From: Acidobacteriota bacterium
GTDB lineage: Bacteria > Acidobacteriota > UBA6911 > RPQK01 > JAJDTT01
Direction: 5' to 3'
Assembly (NCBI GenBank): GCA_965263035.1
Contig: OZ253580.1
Coordinates: 896,001 to 960,000, forward strand
DNA: 64,000 nt
Shown here: positions 38,182 to 48,566 of the stretch, one piece after another
Layout of the letters: each line of letters opens with the position of its first letter
How positions within the stretch are numbered: the stretch's first letter is position 1
The notes under the pieces: model-generated
What the model was told of the DNA's origin: nothing
The model's database searches: none
The model's input: the letters and a program-made list of their open reading frames with translations, nothing else
Position numbers and translations under genes: made by a program

Positions 38182-41100
38182 CTAGAACTCCAAGCGAAGT
38201 CCCAACTGGATGTTCCTTGGTGGACGGGATGCGGAGATTACTCCGAAGTTGCTCGATCCTACAGAATTGCCAAAGCCAAAGAACTGCGTGTGGTTGAAGG
38301 CGTTGTAGAATTCGGCACGGAATTGTACTCGGGCCCTTTCTCCGAAATAAAAACTCTTGGACACATTGAGATCCCAGTTGTTGATTCCAGGCTCCAAGAC
38401 CTCACCGCGGCCCGTATTGCCGAACGTTCCCAACTCTGGATTCGCAAAGTAGTTCGTGTCAAACCAGCGCAGGTTGTTGGCACGAGGATTGAGGGTCTTC
38501 ACCTTACCTGTCCGGACTTTATTCGGTCTGGTTGCCCACCAGAACTGACCCGTGTTACTGAAGTCCCGAGGAAACGGTCGAATAATCCTGGGGCTCCCGG
38601 ACTGGAATGTGGTGATTCCGCTGACCTGCCAGCCGCCGAAAATTCCATCAATCACCGGGTGCATACCGGATGCGAAGCGTTTGCCGCGACCAACCGGAAG
38701 CTCCCAGATGTACCCGACGCTGAGCCGGTGTTTGGCGTGGAACTGGGATAAGCCCTTCTCGGCCTTCTTGTCATACGAATTTTGGGCCCAGAATCCGGTG
38801 GCATCGTTGAGGTTGCCGTAATCATCAAGCGTCCTGGCAAAGGTGTAAGAGGAGATGAACGAGAGGCCCTGGTTAAACCTCCGCTCCAGGCGCACCAGAC
38901 CCGCATTGTAATTGTTCTGAGCGCTGTGCTCCATGATGAAGGTGAAATTCGACAGGTCCGGATAAGGCTGTCGAGTCGAAAAGGGTGTCGTGACTCCCGG
39001 GGGATCCAGGTGAGACTGATTGTAATTGATGCGGCGCTGGCCATGGTATCCATGTGAACCCACGTAACCCACTTCCACCAGCAAGTTTCTGACGACTTCC
39101 CGCTGCACGGTCAACTGCCAGTGTTGGATGATGGCATCGTCGAACTTCCGGGTTACCGAATGCAGGGTGGCGCCGGCCAGGGAGGGATGCCAGGTGGGTC
39201 CGGTGACCTGGGGGAAATCTGCACGAGTGATATCGGCAACCGGGAACAATTTGGACAAGTCATTGGTCTCCAGATCGGTATACAAGGTCTTGGGGTTGAT
39301 GAACCGCAGGACGTTGGACGGCGGATTCAGGGCCCCATTGACCTGGTCGGTGGCATCCGGTGGAGAGTAGAAGATGCCATATGCGGCGCGAATTACCGTC
39401 CTGTTGTCTCCGAAGGGGGAGTAAGCAAGACCGATTCGTGGGCCCCAGTTGTTTCGGTCGGCATTGTAGTAACTCTCGCCCGGCTCGGCGGCGTCCAAGG
39501 GAGTGGGTGGGCAGGGAGTCGTATCCCGAAAACAGCTTCCCGGAGGAGCTACAAAATCGAAAACCGAGTAATCTCCGCGTATCGCATTCCAAGGCTCATA
39601 GTACTCATAGCGCAGCCCCAGGTTCACGGTTAGCTCAGAAGAGACTCTCCAGTCATCCTGCAGGTAGAGCCCCCACAGCTTCTGATTGAAGTAACCGGTG
39701 CCATTGCCGGCCAATCCCCAGGTTTCTTGTGCCTGTCCCACCATGAAATCCGCGAATGGACTTCCCGTCGCAGTATCTCCCGGGAATTGCGTGAAAATCC
39801 CGTTGAAGGTGAAGTTCCCTCGGATGCCGGCCTGAGCCAGCCAGCGCATGCGAATCTCCCGTATATCGAAGCCCACCTTCACCGAATGGTTTCCAGACTT
39901 CACCATCAGGTTATCGGAGATCTGGTAGGTGTTGTTCAAAGCACCAAAAGGTGCGTCAGGGGTTGGCCCGAGGCCCGTGTAGTTGCTCCAGCCGAAGCGG
40001 GGTAGGCCAAAACCGAGGGGCGAGCCGCCGATGTTCTTGAATCCAAAAACTTCTGACGAATAGTCCATATCCCCTGATCCGTCCTGTCCTCCGAACCAGT
40101 TGCCCCGGTTGAAGCCGACGCGCAGCTCATTGACGGTCGTGGGCGAAAACGTATGGATCTCCGACATCATCGCATTGTGCATATTGTTGTCGTTGTTGGT
40201 GCCGGAGAGAGGCACCAGGCTGCCTCTTCTCTTGCGGTCGATCGACTCCATGTAGCGCCCGTAGATCTGATCGCTATCGGAGATAACGTGATCGATGCGT
40301 ACGGTCCAGAAGTTGATATCCTCCGGGCTCGACGTGGTTCCGAGGAAATTGCTGTTTCCAGGCAGCGTCGTCCCCTCCTCGTGGTTGGGGCTCGGAAGCA
40401 GCCCTAAACCGATCAGGGTCTTGGCCTGAGGATTGAAGCGGCTGCTGGGGATCTGGTTTCCCGGGAAGGGTTGCCGGGTGTATCCCCCAGGTGCACTTGC
40501 ATCCTCGACTGTCGTCCAGGGATCGTAAATGGTAGACCCCAGAGTGGAGAAATCCCCTTGGAGCCACCGGGGATCAGGAAATCGCCCAAAGCTGGTTGCA
40601 CTCTGCCGAAAACGGGTTCCTTCGTAGGCGAAAAAGAAGAAGGTCTGGTCTCGGCCATCATAGCCCGGTACGCGAATGGGTCCCCCGACGTTGGCACCAA
40701 ACTGATTGTAGTTAAATGCGTTTTTGTCCGCCCCGGCGCGATTGCTGAAAAAGCTGTTGGCGTTGAAGACGTCGTTTCGATTGTAGTCGTAAATCGCGCC
40801 ATGAAATTCGTTGGTGCCGCTTTTGGTGGTGGTTATAAACTGGACGGATCCCCGACCCTGTTCAGCTGAAAAATTATGACTCTTGACTTTGAATTCCTGA
40901 AGCGCATCCAAGGATGGAGTGGCTGACTGAGTTTGAATCCAAACCGTATTCGAGTCAATTCCGTCGATGGTGTAGGAGGTATACGCCCCCCGCTGGCCGG
41001 CAAGCTGGTAGTAATTACCCCGGTTCTGGTTGGGTATGTAACCGGTGGCGCTGGGAACGGGAGTGACGGCGGTGGGCAATAAAGTCGCCAATGCCTGGTA

Positions 41101-41589
41101 GTTGCGGGTCAGCAGCGGCAACTCGCGCATCTGCTCTTCTTTGATAGTCCCCCCGACTTCCGAGGTCTCAATCTCGACCAGCGGCACCGCTGCCCGGACT
41201 TCCACCTCCTCCCGGGTCTCCCCCACCTGCAGTGTCAAATCAACGCGAAGCTTGGTGGCAAGGTCCAGTTCGGCACCCGGTTCGACAGCCGTCTTGAAAC
41301 CCGCCATCTCAGCCGTGACTCGATAAGTTCCAGGATCCAAAAAAGGAATTTCGAAGCTACCCGTATCGCCGGTAACAACCGAACGGGTGATATTGGTCCC
41401 CAGATTGGTGGCCGTTACACCGACGCCGGGCACCACCCCACCGGTGTCATCCCTTATCGTCCCTGAGATGGTGCTCTTGACTTGGCCTTGGGCACCGGCG
41501 GTGGCAAGCGCCAGCAAACCAAACAGCAGAAGGGTGTTCTTGGCAGAAAAAAGAGAAGTCTGCATCGTCGCGTCCTCCCTGGCGGGCAT
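38182..41589 (-). CDS. Oar-like TonB-dependent receptor
   Basis: N-terminal carboxypeptidase-regulatory-like domain (ISGTIRDDTG), TKSGTNEFHG, YLQDDWRV..LTVNLGLRYEY, C-terminal QLGLRLEF. Confidence 0.95.
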   Translation of the reverse strand: MPAREDATMQTSLFSAKNTLLLFGLLALATAGAQGQVKSTISGTIRDDTGGVVPGVGVTATNLGTNITRSVVTGDTGSFEIPFLDPGTYRVTAEMAGFKTAVEPGAELDLATKLRVDLTLQVGETREEVEVRAAVPLVEIETSEVGGTIKEEQMRELPLLTRNYQALATLLPTAVTPVPSATGYIPNQNRGNYYQLAGQRGAYTSYTIDGIDSNTVWIQTQSATPSLDALQEFKVKSHNFSAEQGRGSVQFITTTKSGTNEFHGAIYDYNRNDVFNANSFFSNRAGADKNAFNYNQFGANVGGPIRVPGYDGRDQTFFFFAYEGTRFRQSATSFGRFPDPRWLQGDFSTLGSTIYDPWTTVEDASAPGGYTRQPFPGNQIPSSRFNPQAKTLIGLGLLPSPNHEEGTTLPGNSNFLGTTSSPEDINFWTVRIDHVISDSDQIYGRYMESIDRKRRGSLVPLSGTNNDNNMHNAMMSEIHTFSPTTVNELRVGFNRGNWFGGQDGSGDMDYSSEVFGFKNIGGSPLGFGLPRFGWSNYTGLGPTPDAPFGALNNTYQISDNLMVKSGNHSVKVGFDIREIRMRWLAQAGIRGNFTFNGIFTQFPGDTATGSPFADFMVGQAQETWGLAGNGTGYFNQKLWGLYLQDDWRVSSELTVNLGLRYEYYEPWNAIRGDYSVFDFVAPPGSCFRDTTPCPPTPLDAAEPGESYYNADRNNWGPRIGLAYSPFGDNRTVIRAAYGIFYSPPDATDQVNGALNPPSNVLRFINPKTLYTDLETNDLSKLFPVADITRADFPQVTGPTWHPSLAGATLHSVTRKFDDAIIQHWQLTVQREVVRNLLVEVGYVGSHGYHGQRRINYNQSHLDPPGVTTPFSTRQPYPDLSNFTFIMEHSAQNNYNAGLVRLERRFNQGLSFISSYTFARTLDDYGNLNDATGFWAQNSYDKKAEKGLSQFHAKHRLSVGYIWELPVGRGKRFASGMHPVIDGIFGGWQVSGITTFQSGSPRIIRPFPRDFSNTGQFWWATRPNKVRTGKVKTLNPRANNLRWFDTNYFANPELGTFGNTGRGEVLEPGINNWDLNVSKSFYFGERARVQFRAEFYNAFNHTQFFGFGNSVGSSNFGVISASRPPRNIQLGLRLEF

Positions 41590-41871
41590 TTTGGAGCGTG
41601 TGGAAGAAATCTCCCACTAGCTGTAACGGACCCTATACGAATTTGTCAGCAGGGGTCAAGAACAAATTCAGGCTGATCAATCGTGGGGTGCCCTCCACGA
41701 CGTGAGGGGACGGGTGACAGGTTCTCCGGGGTCCGCGGCGTAGCGCCCCAATGCCCACCTCCGCCTCCGGAGCTCACCTTGACGACCAGTCCACTAAGTG
41801 GGACCAACTCATGTGCTGTGCTACGCTTACATGTACTTTGGAATTTCAAGCAATTGGATCAGCTCACCCAC

Positions 41872-43587
41872 ATGAGCTTTGAGAAGACGATCCTGATTCC
41901 GACAGTAATCTGCCTTCTCTGGGTGTCCGCCTGGGCGCAAAATGAGTCCAGCTCAAGCCAACTCGGGGTTCGTTTTGTGGATATTGCAGCAGGAGCTGGA
42001 CTGGATGAATTCTTCTGCTATTCGGGAGGAACTGAGCGAAAAGAATACATACTGGAAACGACTGGAGCTGGCTGTGCTTTTCTAGACTACGACAACGACC
42101 GCGACCTTGACATTTTCCTGATGACGGCCAGCCGGAGTGAGGGGTTCGAGGAGGGCGCCGAGCCTTCCAACCGCTTGTATCGGAATGAGGGGAACGGCCG
42201 GTTCAGTGACGTAACCCGCCAGGCAGGACTGGTGCGATCCGGCTGGGGCCAGGGGCTGTGTGCCGGAGATTACGACAATGACGGCTGGATTGATCTCTAC
42301 CTGACTTACTACGGACACAACGTTCTTTACCGAAACACCGGAGATGGCTCCTTTGTGGATGTCACCCGAAAGGCAGGACTCTACACGAATCACCGATTGT
42401 GGGGCGTGGGCTGCTCGTTCCTGGACTACGACCGGGATTCGGACCTCGACCTGTTTGTCTCCAACTACATCGATTTCGATCTGGAGTCCGCTCCCCGTCC
42501 GGGAGAGAATTCCAACTGCCTGTGGAAAGGGATTCCCGTCATGTGCGGTCCTCGAGGTCTGAAAGGTCTGCCCGCTAATCTCTATCGGAACGATGGCGCT
42601 GGGACATTTACCGATGTGAGTGAGCAGGCTGGGATCAGTGCCCCAGGAGAAAGATACGGATTAGGGGTTTTAGTGGCGGATTTTGACAACGACGGCTGGC
42701 CCGACATCTACGTCGCTTGTGACTCAACACCCAGTCTTCTGTTTCACAACAACCGCGACGGATCCTTCTCCGAGATGGGCCTGCTGGCGGGAGTGGCATA
42801 CAGCGGTGATGGAAAGGAGCAGGCCGGCATGGGCGTCGATGCCGGAGATTACGACAACGATGGTGATCTGGATATCGTGAAGACGAATTTTTCGGACGAC
42901 AAATCGAGTCTCTACAAGAACCATGGCGACGGCACATTCAGTGACGCAACATCTGAGGCCGGGTTAGGCGTAAACCTGGCATATCTTGGCTGGGGCGTCG
43001 GCTTTCTTGACTATGATCACGATGGTTTTGACGACATCTTCATTGCCAACGGTCATGTCTACCCGGAAATCGACGGCCACGGTTTCCGGTCCCGATACAG
43101 GCAGCGGAAAGTCCTTTACCGGAACACGGGCAGAAGCACTTTTGTCGACGTCACTGCGTCATCCGGAGCGGATCTGCTGCAGCCACAAACCAGTCGCGGT
43201 ATTGCTCTCGGAGACTTCGATAACGATGGGACGCTCGAAATCTTGGTGAATAACGAAAACGGAAGACCCAGCCTTTACAAGAACCTTGGGCCACATGGGA
43301 ATTGGATCGTATTTCTGGCCATTGGCAGCCGCTCGAACCGGAGTGCGATTGGCACGCGTGTCTCGGTGGTCGTGGACGGAGGGAGACGACAGATCAAGGA
43401 AGTGCACAGTGGCGGGACTTACGCTTCACAGAGCGACCTGCGACTGCATTTCGGCCTGGGAAGCGCAAGCAAGACGGATGTAGAAGTCCGATGGCCCGAT
43501 GGCTCAGTGGAAAAGTTCGCCGGGGTGGCAGCCAATCAGTTCCTCACCATCACGGAGGGCGTTGGGATTGAGGGCGCGAAGAACTGA
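41872..43587 (+). CDS. CRTAC1-family protein
   Basis: DYDND repeats, VMCGPRGLKG, NRSAIG, LHFGLG, VRWPDG. Start placed at ATG 41872. Confidence 0.92.
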   Translation: MSFEKTILIPTVICLLWVSAWAQNESSSSQLGVRFVDIAAGAGLDEFFCYSGGTERKEYILETTGAGCAFLDYDNDRDLDIFLMTASRSEGFEEGAEPSNRLYRNEGNGRFSDVTRQAGLVRSGWGQGLCAGDYDNDGWIDLYLTYYGHNVLYRNTGDGSFVDVTRKAGLYTNHRLWGVGCSFLDYDRDSDLDLFVSNYIDFDLESAPRPGENSNCLWKGIPVMCGPRGLKGLPANLYRNDGAGTFTDVSEQAGISAPGERYGLGVLVADFDNDGWPDIYVACDSTPSLLFHNNRDGSFSEMGLLAGVAYSGDGKEQAGMGVDAGDYDNDGDLDIVKTNFSDDKSSLYKNHGDGTFSDATSEAGLGVNLAYLGWGVGFLDYDHDGFDDIFIANGHVYPEIDGHGFRSRYRQRKVLYRNTGRSTFVDVTASSGADLLQPQTSRGIALGDFDNDGTLEILVNNENGRPSLYKNLGPHGNWIVFLAIGSRSNRSAIGTRVSVVVDGGRRQIKEVHSGGTYASQSDLRLHFGLGSASKTDVEVRWPDGSVEKFAGVAANQFLTITEGVGIEGAKN

Positions 43588-45145
43588 GGCCGGCACTCTG
43601 CGCCTGAAGAAGAAGGGCACTTTCCGCCAGGCACACTGCATCCCGGGTCCTCGTCTACTGACAATTTTTCTGGTGGCTCTTTTCCTGCAGGGCGAGGCTG
43701 CCGGGCAGAGTCCGCAGCAAGCATATCGCCTGCTCCAGGAAGGCAAACTCGCAGCGGCCGAAAAAGCTTTCCGGGCTCTGCTCGACACGTACCCCAATGA
43801 ACCCTCCCTGCACGGCGGCTTGGGCATGGTCTATTCGAGAATGAAGCGCTATGCCGAAGCCGTCCACGAATTCGAGCGTGTTCTCGAGTTGAAGCCCGGA
43901 GATTTGAGAGCCCACAACAACCTGGGCGTCACCTACCTGCGTCTCGACAACCAGGAGAAGGCGATCGAGCAGTTTGAGCAAGTGACCAAGCTGGACTCCG
44001 ACAGCGCCTCCGCCTTCTACAACCTGGGCCTGCTTTACCTCAGGAAGGCAAACTTGCCCCGTGCCCTGGCGACTCTGGAGCGGGCTCATCGTCTGCGACC
44101 GCATGACCCTGCGATTCTCGTTTACCTGGTCGAAATCTACCTCGACCTGGGGCGGACACGTGAGGCTGTCCCCCTGGCTTCTCGACTCAGACAGATCCTG
44201 CCTGCCGATACCGCTATCCACAAGCGCGTGGGGGCATGGATGCTGGAACGGGGTCTGGCTTCCGAAGCCATCGCCCAGTTCGAACTGGTTCGGCGCCGGG
44301 AGTCTTCGTTCCCGGTGAACTATTGGCTGGCCTATGCCTGCTATCTGGAGGCGAACTATGCACGAGTCGTTCAGCTTCTGGAACCGTACATCCCCAGCGC
44401 AGCGAAAACGCCCGTCAAGCTCCATGGACTCCTGAGCGTCGCCTACCTGAAGCAGGGGCTAGAGGAGGAGGCTTCCAATACCCTCAAGCGGGGAATGCCT
44501 GCGGCGGGCCGCGAACCAAAGTTTCTCTACGATATTTCGATGGAGTTGCTGAAGGAGAACCTTTTACCGCTGGCCAGGGATCTTCTCAGCTATGCCGCCG
44601 CCCGATTCCCGGATGACCCGGATCTGCTCCTGGCCCAGGCCCGGAATCATCATGCCGCAAATCGTTACGAGGAGGCGCGAGACGCCTCGGCGTCGGCAGT
44701 GAAGATCAGACCCGATTTTTATGCCGGCTATCTAGCCCTGGGAAACAGCCTATTGGAGCTGGGCGCCTACGACGAGGCATTGCAGGCCTATGATCAGGCG
44801 CTGAGTCTCAATTCCCGAGATCCTTTCCTCTATTACGTCTATGCTACCGCGCTGGAACGCCACAACCAGCTCGAGCCGGCGCTCCTGATGGCTCAGCGAG
44901 GCATCGCAGTCGATGCCAACGATGCCGCCTGCCGCTTCATCCTGGGAAAGGTTCTGGAAAGAAGCGGAAGACTGGAGGATGCAAGCCGGGAATACGAGCT
45001 AAGTTCCAAACTCCAACCGCTCGAGGAGGAAGTCCACTATCGTCTCGGGCTCCTCTATAAGAGGCTCCAGCAGCACCAGAAGGCAGAAGAACATCTGAGT
45101 AGGTTCGAAGAACTGAAGGCAAAAGCCAAGTACTCCCGTCACTAA
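43499..45145 (+). CDS. Secreted TPR protein
   Basis: Many TPR units (AHNNLG, AFYNLG, VHYRLG). True start probably after 43587. Confidence 0.85.
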   Translation: MAQWKSSPGWQPISSSPSRRALGLRARRTEAGTLRLKKKGTFRQAHCIPGPRLLTIFLVALFLQGEAAGQSPQQAYRLLQEGKLAAAEKAFRALLDTYPNEPSLHGGLGMVYSRMKRYAEAVHEFERVLELKPGDLRAHNNLGVTYLRLDNQEKAIEQFEQVTKLDSDSASAFYNLGLLYLRKANLPRALATLERAHRLRPHDPAILVYLVEIYLDLGRTREAVPLASRLRQILPADTAIHKRVGAWMLERGLASEAIAQFELVRRRESSFPVNYWLAYACYLEANYARVVQLLEPYIPSAAKTPVKLHGLLSVAYLKQGLEEEASNTLKRGMPAAGREPKFLYDISMELLKENLLPLARDLLSYAAARFPDDPDLLLAQARNHHAANRYEEARDASASAVKIRPDFYAGYLALGNSLLELGAYDEALQAYDQALSLNSRDPFLYYVYATALERHNQLEPALLMAQRGIAVDANDAACRFILGKVLERSGRLEDASREYELSSKLQPLEEEVHYRLGLLYKRLQQHQKAEEHLSRFEELKAKAKYSRH

Positions 45146-45194
45146 GGCGTTGGATCAGGAGAAAAATCCTCGGGTCGATAAGGGGGGCCATTGG

Positions 45195-46115
45195 ATGTCG
45201 TATTTGCGATTACTTTGCTCGGCCGCGATCACACCGGGATTGGTCGCCTTGCAGGTGCTGAGCCTGGAAACAGCTGCTCAAGACCAGGAGGAAGAGCTGA
45301 CCATAACCAGGCTTTCGATCCCGCTCGAAAAAGACGCCAAACCCTTTTGTGCCAGTGGCACTGAAGATGGGAGGCTATTGGCCTTTCAAGTGGACCATCC
45401 GGAGGGTCTGGGAAAGCTCGATATCTGGTTCTCCCGCCTGGAGAATGGGCGTTGGTCCGTACCCTTCAACGCGGGCCCGCAGATCAACACCGGGTCCCAC
45501 GAAGCCGATGCCAAACTGTCGGCTGACGGGACCGTTGTGGTTTTCCTGCGCAGCGACGATTTCAGCAAATCCTCCGGCGTCTATGTCTCCCATTTTCGCG
45601 ACGGCTCCTGGTCCACGGGCCAGTTGCTGGGTCCGCCCGTCAGTCTTCCCGACACGGTCCAATTCGGAGCCATGCTCTCCAAGGACCTGAGAAGACTGTA
45701 CTTTTCCAGCAATCGGTCGGGTGGACAGGGTGGGTTCGATGTTTACTACAGTGATCGTATCGGATCAGGCTGGGACCAGTGGGGAGAGCCCGTCAACCTG
45801 GGCCCCGTCGTCAACAGCGCCGGCGACGAAAACGACGTGGCTGTCAGTTCCGACGAAACCACGATCATCCTTCCACTGCGGAGGAATGATTCTCCAAGCG
45901 AAAGTGTGGATCTCTACATCAGCAGAAGAATCGACGCCCAATGGACTCCCCTCCAGAACCTGGGCCCGCGGATCAACACTCCTGGAACCGACACCTGCCC
46001 CTGGCTCGGCTACGATGGTCGGACTCTGTATCTGAACTCCACCTGGGATGGACTGGTCGGAGGAAAAGAGGCCGCCACCTGGATCTGGGCCATTCGCCAT
46101 TCCAAGGGCTTTTGA
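45195..46115 (+). CDS. PD40/TolB-like beta-propeller protein
   Basis: LYFSSNRSGGQGGFDVY and repeated NLGP.(V/I)N motifs; signal peptide. Confidence 0.85.
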   Translation: MSYLRLLCSAAITPGLVALQVLSLETAAQDQEEELTITRLSIPLEKDAKPFCASGTEDGRLLAFQVDHPEGLGKLDIWFSRLENGRWSVPFNAGPQINTGSHEADAKLSADGTVVVFLRSDDFSKSSGVYVSHFRDGSWSTGQLLGPPVSLPDTVQFGAMLSKDLRRLYFSSNRSGGQGGFDVYYSDRIGSGWDQWGEPVNLGPVVNSAGDENDVAVSSDETTIILPLRRNDSPSESVDLYISRRIDAQWTPLQNLGPRINTPGTDTCPWLGYDGRTLYLNSTWDGLVGGKEAATWIWAIRHSKGF

Positions 46116-46146
46116 AAAAGGGGACAAACCAAACTGTCCCCTTTTT
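46115..46146. terminator. Bidirectional terminator-like palindrome
   Basis: AAAAAGGGGACA-N8-TGTCCCCTTTTT between convergent genes. Confidence 0.7.
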
Positions 46147-46183
46147 CCGTCCTTCCATTCGAGTCGGACCTGACCGGGCACAA

Positions 46184-48232
46184 TCAGTTCAAGAGTCGGG
46201 GCACGGTACGAGACCAGCTCTTGTTGAAGTGAAGCTTCCCATTGACCGTTACCGTCAGTTGCACCAGGTGGCGAAAAGCCGATGCATTACTGGTGGTCAG
46301 TTCACTGGACTCTATGCGTATGTCCGAACCCGCCTGCTTGAGCGTGTAGGCGCAATAGGCCTTCAGCACTGCCTCCGCAGGATTGACCGAGGAAACCGTC
46401 AGGCTCGAATGCTGTTGCAGGTCAAAATCAGCCGATTCGGGCACGTGCACCGGTGCGATGCGAAAAATCGTCTCCTGATTCACAAGGTCGTGGGTGATCG
46501 AGTACTCCTCCGGTGTGGACAGGTCTTGCGGGTCGGCATTGGACAATTGCACCAGATCGGGCTGGGGCAGCTCTGCATTCTGCTCGGGGATCACCGGTAA
46601 AACGATACGTGACGGATAGCGGCTGCCTCGATGGATCGTATTGACGGCAGGTTCGGCTGTGGGCCAGGCATTCTGGATGTCGGCGCTGGCAATGGCCACA
46701 CGGATCCGGTGACCTGTCCCGAAAACATAGGACATCGTTTCCAGGTCAATCTTGAGTTCATACACCTGCCCGGGTGAAAGGGGCTCGGGTTCGATGTGGG
46801 AGTCGCGGTGGGTGGCATTCAGACCTCCATAGCGAACCAGTTTGGAAGTGCCGTCCGAAGCCACATCGATAAGCTTGACCCGAAAGTAGGCCACCTTGGC
46901 CGTGGAGGAGACGTAGATGACAGCCGTGGGGGTCCCCGTCACCTCCAGATCTCCTTTCAGTGGAGGCGTTGTATAGGTCACCGAATAGGCCTCGTCCCAG
47001 CGCTGGTCGATGGGCATTCCCCAAGGGAGGATGCCTCCCCCCCAGTGCATCCCGGAAGTGATTCCCACAGCAGGGTTGTAAGGGTACTCGTCTCGCTCCT
47101 CAACGGCCGCCTCGCAAGGCTCTCGGCTCAGCTTCCCGTGGGAGCGAAAGTAGAGGGGCGTGCGCCGGGTCCGGGCGATCGGCCACTCTCGCTCCGATCG
47201 CCAGAAGCCTTTCTCTTCGAGGGGCATGCGCGCAGAAGGCGGGCCATACCGCTTGACGAAAAAAGTGACCGGAGGCTCGTCCATCACCCCGTTGTCAATC
47301 CCTTTGAGCCAGCGGTCGAACCACTTCCGGTACAGGGGGCGGGTATCAATCCTGGGGCCGGGTACGGCGCATTTTTCTTCGCCATACCAGTGCCCCCAGG
47401 GTCCCACCAGCGCTCGCTTGTGGGGAACCTCCAGCTTTGAGAAAGCACGCAGCAGCGCCGTGGGATAGCAGTCAGACCAGCCGGCAATTACGAAAACGGC
47501 ACACTGGACCGCGCCGTAATTCGTCGATAGCGACCGGTCCTGCCAATAGGGCCCGTCCAGAGGGTTCGAAATGTAACCGATGCCCCAGGGTTCGCTGTTT
47601 TCCAGACGCTGTTGCCAGATCTCGCTCCATTTCTCTCCTACGAGATCCGGGTCAGGAGGCGAGAAATTGTAGGCGTTCATCAAGGCGGAGTAGCTATCGA
47701 ACATGTAGGGGCGAAGGACACCTCCCGGATAGGTCCACTCCGTATAGACATTGTCATTGGCCGACCGCACTATGATCGCTTTCAGATGGGGGGGAGCCTG
47801 CACCGCTACTTGCCACTGTACGACTGCACTGTAAGATTTCCCGAGCATCCCCACATTGCCGTTGCACCAGGGCTGGGCAGCGGTCCACTCCACCATGTCG
47901 TACCCGTCCTGCCTCTCTTCTGCGGAGTAAATGTCCTTGGTCCATCCGCTGGAATTGCCCGTACCACGCACGTCGAATTGGACGATGACATATCCGCGCT
48001 CGGCCAGGTATGGGACGACGGGGGGGTACTCCTCTCGATAATCGGCCAAGGGCTTTTTTATGCGACGGTAAGGATTGTATTCCAGGATCGCCGGGAATCG
48101 ACCTTCCGCGTCCGGCCGCGTAATTTTCAACGCCAACTCCACTCCGTCGCGCATCGGCACGCGCGTGTAAAGGATTTTCACCTGGTATTGAGAGTGGGAG
48201 CGGTCTCTATGGCTTGAATCCATTCGGTCCAC
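46184..48232 (-). CDS. CocE/NonD-family hydrolase, no signal peptide
   Basis: VPMRDGVEL, DVRGTGNS, GKSYSA, GWSD, GPWGH, with a C-terminal extension. Confidence 0.9.
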   Translation of the reverse strand: MDRMDSSHRDRSHSQYQVKILYTRVPMRDGVELALKITRPDAEGRFPAILEYNPYRRIKKPLADYREEYPPVVPYLAERGYVIVQFDVRGTGNSSGWTKDIYSAEERQDGYDMVEWTAAQPWCNGNVGMLGKSYSAVVQWQVAVQAPPHLKAIIVRSANDNVYTEWTYPGGVLRPYMFDSYSALMNAYNFSPPDPDLVGEKWSEIWQQRLENSEPWGIGYISNPLDGPYWQDRSLSTNYGAVQCAVFVIAGWSDCYPTALLRAFSKLEVPHKRALVGPWGHWYGEEKCAVPGPRIDTRPLYRKWFDRWLKGIDNGVMDEPPVTFFVKRYGPPSARMPLEEKGFWRSEREWPIARTRRTPLYFRSHGKLSREPCEAAVEERDEYPYNPAVGITSGMHWGGGILPWGMPIDQRWDEAYSVTYTTPPLKGDLEVTGTPTAVIYVSSTAKVAYFRVKLIDVASDGTSKLVRYGGLNATHRDSHIEPEPLSPGQVYELKIDLETMSYVFGTGHRIRVAIASADIQNAWPTAEPAVNTIHRGSRYPSRIVLPVIPEQNAELPQPDLVQLSNADPQDLSTPEEYSITHDLVNQETIFRIAPVHVPESADFDLQQHSSLTVSSVNPAEAVLKAYCAYTLKQAGSDIRIESSELTTSNASAFRHLVQLTVTVNGKLHFNKSWSRTVPRLLN

Positions 48233-48266
48233 GGAGGGTCCTCCTTCAACTGTGACTTGCTCTTAA

Positions 48267-48426
48267 CAGTCCGTGGTGAAAGTCCCACGCAGCACCGAGA
48301 CCGGGGCTGCGCCCGCCGGACAAGGCGCTCTGAGGAAGCATACCGGGAGTATGTGACCGAGGAGCAACGCAGTCCGCGCACGATGCAGACCCGGTCAAAT
48401 GCCGTGACGACTTTTGCCACGGGCTG
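48267..48426 (-). mobile_element. MITE copy 5 (160 bp, most diverged)
   Basis: Flanked by TTAA on both sides; 34 bp upstream of the CocE start. Confidence 0.92.
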
Positions 48427-48566
48427 TTAACCCAAGCTGGCCTGCCGAGCTCCCGCCGTAATTCCTATAACCGATGACTAACAAAGGAGATAAGATCTTC
48501 CGGTGGTCAGCACGGGAGTCGGCCTGATTGACTGCCAGTTGGCTGCCTTGGTAGATTCTTGCTGCA

